DNA of 34,720 nucleotides from Candidatus Krumholzibacteriales bacterium (GCA_046483305.1 JAWODM010000038.1:1-34720); one strand, 5' to 3'. Positions 17,597 to 26,826 are shown, counted from the first letter of the stretch. Notes: generated by a model not told the origin, from the letters alone. Translations and numbers: made by a program.

Positions 17597-18516
17597 TCCC
17601 CCTTCATACAGTATTTTTCGGGTAGATCTACTTCCAGAACCTTCTTCATCGCTCCCAGAAAAGCCCTCACGGTCATCGGAAGATACCTCTTTACCGGAAG
17701 AACCAGGCCGATCTCCCTGGTAAGATTGATGCCTCTTATCTCCAGCATACCCAGTTCGCCATCTTCGATTTCATGTTCGACTGTTTTCAGGGGAAGGACG
17801 GAGAGGCCCAGGCCTGACGAGACCAAATGCTTTATCGCTTCCTGGCTGTCGATAGCCATTGAAACCTCCGGGTCCACCCCTTTTCTGTGAAGCTCATCCT
17901 CGATGATGCCCCTGGTCACAGAGCCCTCCTGAAAAAGTATGAATGGGTAACCGGCCAGGTCTTCAGGGACCGGATCCCTTCTGTCCATTAAAGGGTGGCT
18001 GCGGGGTGAAATAAAAACCAGGGGCTCGCTGAATATCCTGAAGATCTCATACTCGCGGGACAGCTCCAGGGGCAGAGTCCCGCAAACCAGGTCCAGCCCG
18101 CCGGCCTCCAGCTGCCTGATCAGCGGAAAGGTTGAAGCTATTTCAAGATTGATCTCTATCCCCGGGTACGTTTCCCGGAAATCCCTGAATACCTCCGGAA
18201 GTATATAAATACTGGCGGCATCTATGGTCCCCAGGGAGATTCTGCCCTTCTTCAATTCCTGCATATCCCGCAGGTGTTCCTCCAGCTGCCTTTCCAGTGC
18301 CGCAAACTGCCGGGCGTAATCCAGTACTATCATGCCGGCCTCGGTGAAAAAGATCTTCCTTCCCCTGGTCTCATACAGTCTTATTCCCAGCTCCCTCTGG
18401 AGATTCCGCAGCTGTATACTGATGGCAGGCTGGGATATATAGTTGGCCTCCGCGGCGGCGGTAAAGCTCTTTTCTTCAAAGAGAGAAAGGAAGTATTTTA
18501 AAGGTCTTAGCTCCAT
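17593..18516 (-). CDS. LysR-family transcriptional regulator
   Basis: N-terminal HTH 'SFTAAAEANYISQPAISIQLRNLQRELG', 307 aa with a substrate-binding domain. ATGA overlap with suhB. Confidence 0.95.
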   Translation of the reverse strand: MELRPLKYFLSLFEEKSFTAAAEANYISQPAISIQLRNLQRELGIRLYETRGRKIFFTEAGMIVLDYARQFAALERQLEEHLRDMQELKKGRISLGTIDAASIYILPEVFRDFRETYPGIEINLEIASTFPLIRQLEAGGLDLVCGTLPLELSREYEIFRIFSEPLVFISPRSHPLMDRRDPVPEDLAGYPFILFQEGSVTRGIIEDELHRKGVDPEVSMAIDSQEAIKHLVSSGLGLSVLPLKTVEHEIEDGELGMLEIRGINLTREIGLVLPVKRYLPMTVRAFLGAMKKVLEVDLPEKYCMKGE

Positions 18517-18522
18517 GTTATT

Positions 18523-18553
18523 AATAATAGTTATAGTTATTATTGCAATAATA
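18523..18553. promoter_or_regulatory. Candidate LysR operator region between divergent lysR and ino1
   Basis: Inverted repeat AATAATA-N8-TATTATT (18523-18544) overlapping the perfect 16-bp palindrome TATTATTGCAATAATA (18538-18553), which contains T-N11-A. Located immediately upstream of the lysR ATG. Confidence 0.55.
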
Positions 18554-18650
18554 TATTTTGTTTATACTCTCAATACTGCTATCCTTTGGTTTCAGAGTCA
18601 AGTCAAAATCGATTAGCCCGCCCGCGGGGCGAACAATCAGGAGGTATCTG

Positions 18651-19964
18651 GTGGAAGTAAAAGAAAAACCGACCAAACCGAAGGGTAAGCTGGGGATCCT
18701 CATGCCGGGACTGGGCGCGGTGTCAACCACCTTTATAACCGGAGTGGAAGCGGTAAGGAAAGGTATGGCGGAACCGATCGGATCCCTTACGCAGATGGGA
18801 ACCATACGGCTGGGAAAGAGAATGGAGAACAGGACGCCGGCGATAAAGAACTTCGTGCCTCTTGCTGAGCTGGACGACCTGGTTTTCGGCGGATGGGACA
18901 TCTTCGAGGATAACGTCTACGAGGCCGCTCTCAACGCCGGGGTGCTTCACCGGGATCAGGTAAACGAGGTCAGGCCGTTTCTAGAGAAAATCGAACCGAT
19001 GAAAGCGGTTTTCGACAATAACTACGTCAAGAAGCTCAACGGAACCTGGGTAAAGGAAGGAAAGAACTGGTATGAGCTGGCCGAGCAGCTGATGGAGGAT
19101 ATCCGCACTTTCAAGGAAAAGAACAACTGTGAGCGGCTGGTTATGGTCTGGTGCGCCAGCACTGAGATATTCCTGGAGAAGACCAGAGTCCATCAGGACC
19201 TTGAATCGTTCGAGAAGGGGCTGAAGGATAACGACCCTTCCATAGCTCCCAGTATGGTATACGCATACGCGGCTCTTTCCATGAAAGTCCCGTTTGCCAA
19301 CGGGGCTCCAAATCTTACCGTGGATATCCCCGCCCTCAACGAACTGGCTATGAAAAATGACGTTCCGATAGCGGGTAAGGACTTCAAGACCGGCCAGACA
19401 CTGATGAAAACCATCCTGGCGCCGGGGATGAAAGCCCGCCTGCTGGGACTGAACGGCTGGTTCTCGACCAATATCCTGGGAAACCGGGACGGCGAAGTAC
19501 TGGACGATCCGGAATCGTTCAAGACCAAGGAAGAGAGCAAACTCTCGGTGCTTGAATACATCCTGCAGCCGGACGTCTATCCGGACCTTTACGAGGATTT
19601 CTATCACAAGGTGAGAATCAATTACTATCCGCCCCGCGGAGACAACAAGGAGGGCTGGGATAATATAGATATATTCGGCTGGCTCGGTTACCCGATGCAG
19701 ATAAAGATCGATTTTCTCTGCAGAGACAGTATTCTGGCCGCGCCGATCGTGCTGGACCTGGCCCTTTTCCTTGACCTGGCGCAGAGAATAGGCTTCAGGG
19801 GGATTCAGGAATGGCTCTCATTCTACTTCAAGAGCCCCATGTACGCTCCCGGCCTCTATCCGGAGCACGACCTGTTCATTCAGCTGATGAAGCTGAAGAA
19901 CACCCTGCGCTTTATCAAGGGAGAAGACCTGATCACGCACCTGGGCCACGAATACTACGATTAG
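18651..19964 (+). CDS. ino1: myo-inositol-1-phosphate synthase (inositol-3-phosphate synthase)
   Basis: GLGAVSTT, FGGWD, WCASTE, NGAP, GKDFKTGQT, NILGNRDG, GDNKEGWD, CRDSILAAP, SFYFKSP. GTG 18651 follows AGGAGG. Confidence 0.95.
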   Translation: MEVKEKPTKPKGKLGILMPGLGAVSTTFITGVEAVRKGMAEPIGSLTQMGTIRLGKRMENRTPAIKNFVPLAELDDLVFGGWDIFEDNVYEAALNAGVLHRDQVNEVRPFLEKIEPMKAVFDNNYVKKLNGTWVKEGKNWYELAEQLMEDIRTFKEKNNCERLVMVWCASTEIFLEKTRVHQDLESFEKGLKDNDPSIAPSMVYAYAALSMKVPFANGAPNLTVDIPALNELAMKNDVPIAGKDFKTGQTLMKTILAPGMKARLLGLNGWFSTNILGNRDGEVLDDPESFKTKEESKLSVLEYILQPDVYPDLYEDFYHKVRINYYPPRGDNKEGWDNIDIFGWLGYPMQIKIDFLCRDSILAAPIVLDLALFLDLAQRIGFRGIQEWLSFYFKSPMYAPGLYPEHDLFIQLMKLKNTLRFIKGEDLITHLGHEYYD

Positions 19965-19997
19965 AGCGGGCTGGGTGCGGCTGCATTTTATAAACAG

Positions 19998-20034
19998 ACA
20001 GCGGGGAAGAGTAGAAACTTTTCCCCGCTGTTTT
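19998..20034. terminator. Rho-independent terminator, probably bidirectional
   Basis: 15-bp stem ACAGCGGGGAAGAGT-AGAA-ACTTTTCCCCGCTGT (one G-U pair) followed by TTT, between convergent ino1 and degP. Confidence 0.8.
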
Positions 20035-20067
20035 CATAACGCCTGGATTGAATTATTCCCGGCCGGA

Positions 20068-21507
20068 TCACTCCTCGATTTCCAGGTAGTAGTAATGGTC
20101 ATCCCTGAAGATTCGGACTACCACGCTATTCGAGTCGAGGCTATCCAGAATATCTCTCATATCATCTATATTCTCAACCTTCTTCCGGTTGATCTCGACG
20201 ATCACATCACCTTCCTGAAGTCCTGCCTCGGCGGCGGGGCTGGTACCGCTTATCTCGGTAACCACCACACCCCGGATTTCATCAGGTATATTCAGCCGGT
20301 TTCTCAGATAATCATTCAGATTTCGCAGCCCGACTCCTACAAACAGGGTCGAACCTTCGCCTGTCTCTTCTTTGACTTCCCTTTCGCTTCCCGGCCTCTC
20401 CTCGATCCTGACTTCCAGCTTTTTCCTTTCGCCGTCGCGTATTATTTCCATCTCTACCTCCCGGCCCGGGGTTACATCGGCAACCAACCGCCGGAACTCA
20501 TTGCTGTCATTAACCTTTTCCCCGTTGAATCTGGTAACGACGTCGCCGCTCTTCAGCCCGGCCTTAGCCGCGGGGGTGTCTTCAGCTACCTCCGAGATCA
20601 GGGCGCCGTTGGTTCCTTCTAACCCGAATACTGAAGCCATACCCGGAGTAACATCCTGAGGATATACTCCCAGGTAACCTCTCACCACGTAGCCGTGCTG
20701 TATAATGCTTTCCATGATCGAGGTGGCCAGGTTGATAGGTATGGCAAAACCGATCCCCTGGCTTCCTCCGCTTCTGGACACTATGGCGGTATTAATACCT
20801 ATCAGCTCGCCACTGATATTGACCAGGGCGCCGCCCGAGTTGCCCGGGTTAATAGCAGCGTCGGTCTGGATGAAATCCTGATAACTGATATTGGGCATCC
20901 GGAGAGTTCTTCCCAGGGCGCTTACGATACCCTTGGTTACTGACTGGCCCACACTGAAAGGATTCCCAATCGCCAGTACGGTTTGCCCCAGCCGGAGTCT
21001 GTCAGAATCTCCGGCCGGCAATACCGGAAGGTCATCACCTTCTATTTTTATGACCGCCACATCGCTCTGGCTGTCCGTTCCCACTATCTCGGCGTCGAAC
21101 TCTCTCTTGTCGGGAAGAGCGACTTTAATCTCCTCCGCTTCGCTGACCAGGTGGTTGCTGGTGAGAATGTATCCTTCCCTGTTTACGATTACTCCCGAAC
21201 CCAGGTTTCTCTGGATACGCTCGGTGGGAAGATCCCTGAAGAACCTCCTCAAAAAGTCTCTGAAGTAGGGATCGGAACTCAGAGAACTCTTAACCATTCT
21301 CTTGGAAGAAATATTTACCACTGCCGGTATTACCTTCTCTATTACATCGGGCAGCTCTTCGTTCTCAACGTCAAAAACCTTGGCCTGCAGCGGGGCCGAA
21401 TAATCCTCTGACTGCGACATGGTCATCCCTATTATCATCCCGGTAAGAATGAGCGCTGCCGCCGCGGCCACTGTGAATGTTCTTTTCCTTACTGAAAACA
21501 ATTTCAT
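20068..21507 (-). CDS. degP: DegP/DegQ (HtrA, Do-family) serine endoprotease with two PDZ domains
   Basis: GSGVIV, TSNHLV (His), SDVAVIK (Asp), QTDAAINPGNSGG (Ser), GIGFAIP, RGYLGV, and two 'PAA.AGL..GDV' PDZ motifs. Confidence 0.93.
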   Translation of the reverse strand: MKLFSVRKRTFTVAAAAALILTGMIIGMTMSQSEDYSAPLQAKVFDVENEELPDVIEKVIPAVVNISSKRMVKSSLSSDPYFRDFLRRFFRDLPTERIQRNLGSGVIVNREGYILTSNHLVSEAEEIKVALPDKREFDAEIVGTDSQSDVAVIKIEGDDLPVLPAGDSDRLRLGQTVLAIGNPFSVGQSVTKGIVSALGRTLRMPNISYQDFIQTDAAINPGNSGGALVNISGELIGINTAIVSRSGGSQGIGFAIPINLATSIMESIIQHGYVVRGYLGVYPQDVTPGMASVFGLEGTNGALISEVAEDTPAAKAGLKSGDVVTRFNGEKVNDSNEFRRLVADVTPGREVEMEIIRDGERKKLEVRIEERPGSEREVKEETGEGSTLFVGVGLRNLNDYLRNRLNIPDEIRGVVVTEISGTSPAAEAGLQEGDVIVEINRKKVENIDDMRDILDSLDSNSVVVRIFRDDHYYYLEIEE

Positions 21508-21607
21508 CTTTCACCTCCATCTTTACTAATCTTGTATTAATGATACCGCTGTTAAGTTCCAAATTACACGCAAAAATATGTTAATTCAGGAGAAAAAAGA
21601 AGGTTTG

Positions 21608-22357
21608 TCATGCTGAGATATCCAGGAAATTCGCGATAATACCCATCCCCGCCGGAGTATCTCTGAAAGAGGTAATAAAATCGTTGTAATGCTCAATACT
21701 ATCCAGGAATTTCTCCTTGCGGATAAGAACATACTTGAACATCTCCGCCAACTGCGTAAGCTGGACCGGAGTTATTTCCGGATGGAACTGAAGCCCGAAA
21801 GTATTTCCCACTGAGAAGGCCTGAACCGGCGTCATTCTGTTGAAAGCGAGCCTGACCGCTCCCTCCGGCATCCTGGAAACGTGTGTCCTGTGCAGCAGGC
21901 TCATCAGGCCGCCCGATTCGAATCCTCTGAAGAGGGGGCTGTTCCAGCCTTCCTCGGTCAGATAAACAGGAACCGTACCCATCTCCCTGCCCCTCGGATT
22001 GAAGACCACCTCTCCTCCCAGGGCGGAAGCTATCGCATGGTGCCCGAAACAGATTCCCAGCAGGTGGACGCCCAGATCGTGGGCGTTCCGTATGAAATCC
22101 ATAAGGGGAGGTATCCACGGTTTGTCCTCAAAAATCGTCCCGTAGCTTCCCGAGATAATCACACAGCTGCCCCGGCCGGGCACTGACGGCGGATCCGGAA
22201 GCTGGCCGGAAATCCCGTCGTATACATTCAGACGCACCTGTTCCGTTCTATTCAGTTTATCCAGAGAGAGCTTCAGCCAATCGGCGCTTCCGGTACCATC
22301 CGGGAGAATAAATCCCGTTACATCAATAAAATGTAAATTTATCTTACGTTCCGGCAT
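21608..22357 (-). CDS. Type 1 glutamine amidotransferase (GMP-synthase GATase-like, stand-alone)
   Basis: IISGS, LLGICFGH (nucleophile Cys) and GLQFHPE (His-Glu). ATG 22357 directly follows the acylphosphatase stop. Confidence 0.88.
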   Translation of the reverse strand: MPERKINLHFIDVTGFILPDGTGSADWLKLSLDKLNRTEQVRLNVYDGISGQLPDPPSVPGRGSCVIISGSYGTIFEDKPWIPPLMDFIRNAHDLGVHLLGICFGHHAIASALGGEVVFNPRGREMGTVPVYLTEEGWNSPLFRGFESGGLMSLLHRTHVSRMPEGAVRLAFNRMTPVQAFSVGNTFGLQFHPEITPVQLTQLAEMFKYVLIRKEKFLDSIEHYNDFITSFRDTPAGMGIIANFLDISA

Positions 22358-22358
22358 A

Positions 22359-22646
22359 TCAGAATCTAACATCAAATCCCCTGTACTTTCCGCCGCCTGA
22401 AAGCTGCTCGGTGTCTATCTCCGAAACCTCGGCAGAGGGAGGCCCCTTGTATAGCCCATTCAGAAAGGATTCCATTACGGATTCCTCCGTCTCCGCTTCT
22501 ATTTCCACCGTTCCGTCGGGCATATTGCGCACATACCCCCTGACACCCATCCTGGTGGCAAGGCGCCTGGTAAAGAATCGGTAGCCGACTCCCTGTACAA
22601 CACCGGTAACTTTAATATGAAGCCTGATAACGCTCTCCCCTCTCAG
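22359..22646 (-). CDS. acyP: Acylphosphatase (start codon non-canonical/uncertain)
   Basis: Extending the 63-aa track ORF upstream in frame gives IRLHIKVTGVVQGVGYRFFTRRLATRMGVRGYVRNMPDGTVE...GPPSAEV...FDVRF, containing both acylphosphatase signatures (catalytic Arg and Asn). Confidence 0.88.
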   Translation of the reverse strand: MRGESVIRLHIKVTGVVQGVGYRFFTRRLATRMGVRGYVRNMPDGTVEIEAETEESVMESFLNGLYKGPPSAEVSEIDTEQLSGGGKYRGFDVRF

Positions 22647-22843
22647 CTGTAAATCTCTATGAACCTCGCGAATGAACGGTCCCAGGTTTTCTCGGCATCA
22701 TCGGGAAAAACACACCCCGGAAGCTCTTTCCTGGAAAGATGGTAGTGAAGGCATTCACAGCATTTTCCCTTCCGGGGGCACCCGCTGTAGGTGCAGTTGC
22801 ACTTTTCCATATTCTCATTAATATTCTCACAATTGATCGTCAT
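22643..22843 (-). CDS. Small Cys-rich protein (DUF6485-like)
   Basis: 66 aa from ATG 22843 after GAGGTG: CNCTYSGCPRKGKCCECLHYH...LPGCVFPDDAEKTWDRS. Family assignment is from memory. Confidence 0.8.
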   Translation of the reverse strand: MTINCENINENMEKCNCTYSGCPRKGKCCECLHYHLSRKELPGCVFPDDAEKTWDRSFARFIEIYS

Positions 22844-23012
22844 GATAAAGATCACCTCTGCTGCCTTAAGTTGCCATTGCCTCTTCCGGTTGTTATATAA
22901 TAACAAAATTCCGGGCGGTTCAACATAATTTTTCCCGCTGTCCCCCGGCCTGATAATTCTGCCCGCGGAGATTCCTGACAGGTACTTTGAGGTTTTCAAA
23001 CCGCTGATTATA

Positions 23013-23021
23013 TGATAGAAT
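23013..23021 (+). promoter_or_regulatory. Candidate extended -10 promoter for the C25 peptidase gene
   Basis: TG-A-TAGAAT; its position favours ATG 23059 over ATG 23020 as the start. Confidence 0.4.
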
Positions 23022-23058
23022 GAGAGATTGCAGCCTGAGGCAGGAATACGGTAATAAA

Positions 23059-26000
23059 ATGAAACACACCATGGTAATGCTTTTCTGTTTGACTGCGCTC
23101 TGCCTCGCCCGTTGCGCATTTTCGGAAGAGTTATCGAAACAGTTCTATTTTGACAAACCCGAGCTGAGAAACGGCACCGGCACGGGTACCTATATCCATA
23201 TACCCGGATGCCAGAGAACCGCCGCGCCAGGCAAACCGGCCCTGCCGGTCTTCCAGGCGCGTTTTATCCTGCCTCCCGGAGAATCCGTAACCGGTATCAG
23301 AATAGAAGCCGGGCCGGATTATAACCTTGCCGGCAGACATTACATAACTCCGGCGCCGATGCAGTCGCCAGTTTCAGGCAGCATCCCTTCGCTGAACTTC
23401 CGGGATGAAACCGTATACTCAATGACCTCTCCCTATCCTTCTGAAAGGGCCCGGCCTGTGACAGAGCAGTCGATCTGCGGAATCCGCATCGCCTTCGTCA
23501 ACATATACCCATGCCGGCTTATCCCGGCCTCGGGCCAGGTTCGGTACACCCGGCAGGTTGAGGTAATACTCGATACCGGGCCGTCCGGAGTGCCCGTGGT
23601 TCATCCTCAGCCGGCAGTTGAGAGGGCGGCTGCCTGGGCCTCCCGTATATCCTCCAACCCGGAGAGGGCGGCTGACTACATTGAATACGGGGAAGATGCA
23701 GAAGAGCTTTTATACCAGGCATACCCCGATCAATCCCGGTACCCCTTCATAATAATTACCAGCCCCGCTCTGGAGGACTTTTTCAAGCCTCTTGCCTGGA
23801 TCAGAACCGACAGCGGATTGCGCGCCAGAATAGTCAATACCGGATGGATTCAGTCCAATTTCGGCGGGGCGGACCTTCAGGAAAGAATCAGATCTTTTAT
23901 CAAGTATGCCTATTTCAACTGGCAGGCCGAATACGTGCTTCTGGGCGGAGACGACGATATCATACCTCACCGGGGCTTATACGTCAAAGCCGGAAGCGAG
24001 ATAGAGGAAGACCTGCCTGCCGATCTCTATTACGCCGCTCTCGACGGCAACTGGAATACAGACGGGGACGGTTATTTCGGCGAGCCGGGCGAAGAGGACC
24101 TTCTCCCCGAGGTCTCCCTGGGCAGGCTTCCGGTAAACGGACAGGCCGGTATCGATAACTTTACCGCAAAACTGTCCGCCTACTCACTCCAGCCGAACCC
24201 CCAGGACTGCGCCGAAGCGGCCTTTCTGGGAGAGCTGCTCTGGAGCGAGGACGGTGTGGATACCTGGGGAGGCGATTACAAGGACGAAACTCTTTACGGT
24301 TCTGATAATTACGAAATTTCAACAGCGGGCGTAAATCAGGAGTTTGCCTCTCATATCCTCTACGACCGGGAAACGGCTGGCGAATGGGACGCAGCCGACC
24401 TGATACCGGTTATCAACAGCGGGGTCAACCTGGTCAACCACCTGGGGCATACCGGCCTCCACAACGCCATGCACCTCACTTCCTCAAACCTGAATCTGCT
24501 TCAGAACAGCGGAGGCTCGGGAACTAATCCGGCGGTATTCTACTCACAGGGCTGCTACGCGGCCGCTTTCGATAACCGGGACTACGCGGGGCAGATTTAC
24601 CAGGAGGATGCCATCGGAGAACAGCTGGTTACCGGAGAAGCGGGCGCGGTGGCGTTCATAGGCAACTCCAGGTACGGCTGGAACGCTCCCGGTTCCACCT
24701 GCGGAGTCTCCCAGTTTTTCGACCGCCAGTTCATCGATGCGGTATTCGGCGAGGATATAACCACCCTGGGGCCGGCGGTAGACGATTCCCGGGCCGACAA
24801 TATTCCCTACATATCATACCCCCTGGTAAGATATGTGATGTACGGGATGACCCTGCTGGGAGATCCGGCGATGCGGCTCTGGACCGGCCAGCCATCCCGG
24901 ATTACCGCGTACCATGATTCCATAATTAATCCCGGATACAATAATATCGACGTAGAGCTGCACTCCGGGACAGTCCCCGTGGAAGGAGCCCTGATTTCTC
25001 TTTATACCCGGGACTACGGAATATACCGGATTAAACGCTCGGACCAGAGCGGGGTGGCCAGATTTTATGCCGATGTTCCGGATGAGGGCAATATTCAGAT
25101 CAGGGTGGTATCCCCCGCTCATTTTATCCTGGCCGACTCAATTCTGATAGACTCCTCCCCGGATACCCTGATTGAACTTGGCAATCTGATAATAGACGAC
25201 GACTCTCTGGGTGGAAGCTCCGGCGACGGCGACGGAATAATTGAGAGAGGCGAGACCGTTCAGATCGGAACTATTATAAAGAACATGGGGAGCATCTCAG
25301 CTGACAGCTGTTTTGTAAATCTCAGCTGCAGCGACCCCTATATAGCGATTAATGACAGCGTCAGCGGATATTTCTATCTACCGGAGAAGACCACCCTTAT
25401 CCTGGAAGATGAGTTCAGAATAACTCTGTCGGCCCAGACCCCGGCTTCGCATCCCGCTGAACTGCTGTTCAGAATAAATACCCCCGGGGCCAGCTACCCC
25501 TCAGGACGCGTTATTACCGTCAACGCTCCTGAAATCTCGCTGGAGAGCTGGCATGCCAGCGACTCCTGCTGCGGAAACGGCAACGGGTGCGTGGAGGCCT
25601 GGGAGTTCATCAATTTCACCACCGAGTGGAGAAACACCGGAAACGCCGCTTCAAGCCCCTTCAAACTTGAATTAAGCACCGCCGACGGCAGGTACTGCAG
25701 GGTTTACAGGTCCGGGACCGATATCCCTTCAATCGCCGCCGGAGAGACAGTGTCGATAACCGGCAATTTTTCCCTTTTCGTCAAGCCCGATACTCCGGAA
25801 TTCACCGCCCTCCCTCTGATTTTCTCGCTGAAGAATGATCAATGGGTGGCCCTGCGCGAAACAGTCACGGTCACTACCTGCGGGTATTCTCTGGAGGATG
25901 AATGCGACTCGGTATCGTTCTGGAATAGGCGGAAGATTGTGGGTGTGTCCGGTTGGCATATAAGCGATCGGGCAGCCCACTCGGAGCCCTCCAGCTGGAA

Positions 26001-26727
26001 GTGCGGAAGTTCCGGCTCAGAGGCCTACCCCAATATGATGGATACGGCGCTGGAGAGTCCCCCGCTCTGCCTGGGGGAGAATTCCTCGCTGTCCTTCTGG
26101 CACAGGATCAGCGCCGAGGCGGGAACCTCCTATCCCTACTGGGCGGAGGATGCCGGGGTGGTAGAGATATCCACCGACGGAGGAACCACCTGGACTATAG
26201 TCTCTCCCGTTTCAGGCTATCCCTGCAGGGCCAGCTCCGCGAATACCATATTCCTGGATCCCTACCAGAAATGTTACTCGGGAGAATCCGGATGGTCATT
26301 CCAGGAATTCGACCTCTCCGGCTTCCAGGGGCCGGTGAAGCTGAGGTTTCACTTTGCCAGCAACGAACAGTACGGATTTGACGGATGGTACGTAGACGAC
26401 ATACGGATCAGCACGGAGATATATACCGGCGCGGATGACAGACAGGTACTCCCCAACCGGCTGTTCAGGGCCTACCCCAACCCCTTCAACCCCGCAACCA
26501 CCATTTCATTCCAGGCCGCTCAGAGGTCGCGCGTCAGGCTCAGAATATTCGATGTCAGAGGCCGCCTGATAAAAACTCTTTTCGATTCAGTAACCGGGCG
26601 GGGCAGGTACGAACTGACCTGGAACGGCGAAAACCGGCGGGGCCAGAAGGTATCCAGCGGAGTTTACCTCTGCACCCTTCAGATCGGCAGTTACACCTCC
26701 TCCCAGAGACTGGTCCTTATCCGCTGA
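23059..26727 (+). CDS. Secreted C25 (gingipain-family) cysteine peptidase with propeptide, Ig-like and jelly-roll domains and a FlgD-Ig/T9SS-like C-terminal domain
   Basis: Signal peptide, propeptide 'PGKPALP', 'YVLLGGD..IP', 'ADLYYA.LDG', 'SLGRLPV', NHLGH (His), SQGC (Cys), 'LLGDP', 'GWYVDDI', and C-terminal 'AYPNPFNPATTI...IFDVRGRLIKTL...WNGEN..G..VSSGVY'. Confidence 0.9.
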   Translation: MKHTMVMLFCLTALCLARCAFSEELSKQFYFDKPELRNGTGTGTYIHIPGCQRTAAPGKPALPVFQARFILPPGESVTGIRIEAGPDYNLAGRHYITPAPMQSPVSGSIPSLNFRDETVYSMTSPYPSERARPVTEQSICGIRIAFVNIYPCRLIPASGQVRYTRQVEVILDTGPSGVPVVHPQPAVERAAAWASRISSNPERAADYIEYGEDAEELLYQAYPDQSRYPFIIITSPALEDFFKPLAWIRTDSGLRARIVNTGWIQSNFGGADLQERIRSFIKYAYFNWQAEYVLLGGDDDIIPHRGLYVKAGSEIEEDLPADLYYAALDGNWNTDGDGYFGEPGEEDLLPEVSLGRLPVNGQAGIDNFTAKLSAYSLQPNPQDCAEAAFLGELLWSEDGVDTWGGDYKDETLYGSDNYEISTAGVNQEFASHILYDRETAGEWDAADLIPVINSGVNLVNHLGHTGLHNAMHLTSSNLNLLQNSGGSGTNPAVFYSQGCYAAAFDNRDYAGQIYQEDAIGEQLVTGEAGAVAFIGNSRYGWNAPGSTCGVSQFFDRQFIDAVFGEDITTLGPAVDDSRADNIPYISYPLVRYVMYGMTLLGDPAMRLWTGQPSRITAYHDSIINPGYNNIDVELHSGTVPVEGALISLYTRDYGIYRIKRSDQSGVARFYADVPDEGNIQIRVVSPAHFILADSILIDSSPDTLIELGNLIIDDDSLGGSSGDGDGIIERGETVQIGTIIKNMGSISADSCFVNLSCSDPYIAINDSVSGYFYLPEKTTLILEDEFRITLSAQTPASHPAELLFRINTPGASYPSGRVITVNAPEISLESWHASDSCCGNGNGCVEAWEFINFTTEWRNTGNAASSPFKLELSTADGRYCRVYRSGTDIPSIAAGETVSITGNFSLFVKPDTPEFTALPLIFSLKNDQWVALRETVTVTTCGYSLEDECDSVSFWNRRKIVGVSGWHISDRAAHSEPSSWKCGSSGSEAYPNMMDTALESPPLCLGENSSLSFWHRISAEAGTSYPYWAEDAGVVEISTDGGTTWTIVSPVSGYPCRASSANTIFLDPYQKCYSGESGWSFQEFDLSGFQGPVKLRFHFASNEQYGFDGWYVDDIRISTEIYTGADDRQVLPNRLFRAYPNPFNPATTISFQAAQRSRVRLRIFDVRGRLIKTLFDSVTGRGRYELTWNGENRRGQKVSSGVYLCTLQIGSYTSSQRLVLIR

Positions 26728-26826
26728 AGGCCTCCCTGCCACTTCTTCGTTGCAACTTCAGGACATCTGTTGTATTTATATACATCGGAACTGCAATGAG
26801 GTATTCGAGTAATTACCGGTGATAGC

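Noticed and set aside
16823..17890. 355-aa plus-strand ORF
   Set aside because: Lies antisense to suhB and lysR and has no recognisable motifs; a shadow ORF expected from codon bias.
18558..18650. Track's longer ino1 start, and antisense ORF 18521-18901
   Set aside because: Falls in the AT-rich regulatory region; AGGAGG positions the start at GTG 18651.
21530..21560. GGAACTT (minus strand, 21560-21554) upstream of degP, resembling a sigmaE -35 box
   Set aside because: Context is attractive, but 16 nt downstream reads ATACA rather than TCAAA/TCTGA, so I cannot support it as a promoter.
22844..23119. N-terminal 92-aa extension of the track's 158-aa minus-strand ORF
   Set aside because: Crosses the divergent promoter region and overlaps the C25 gene; a strong SD supports ATG 22843.
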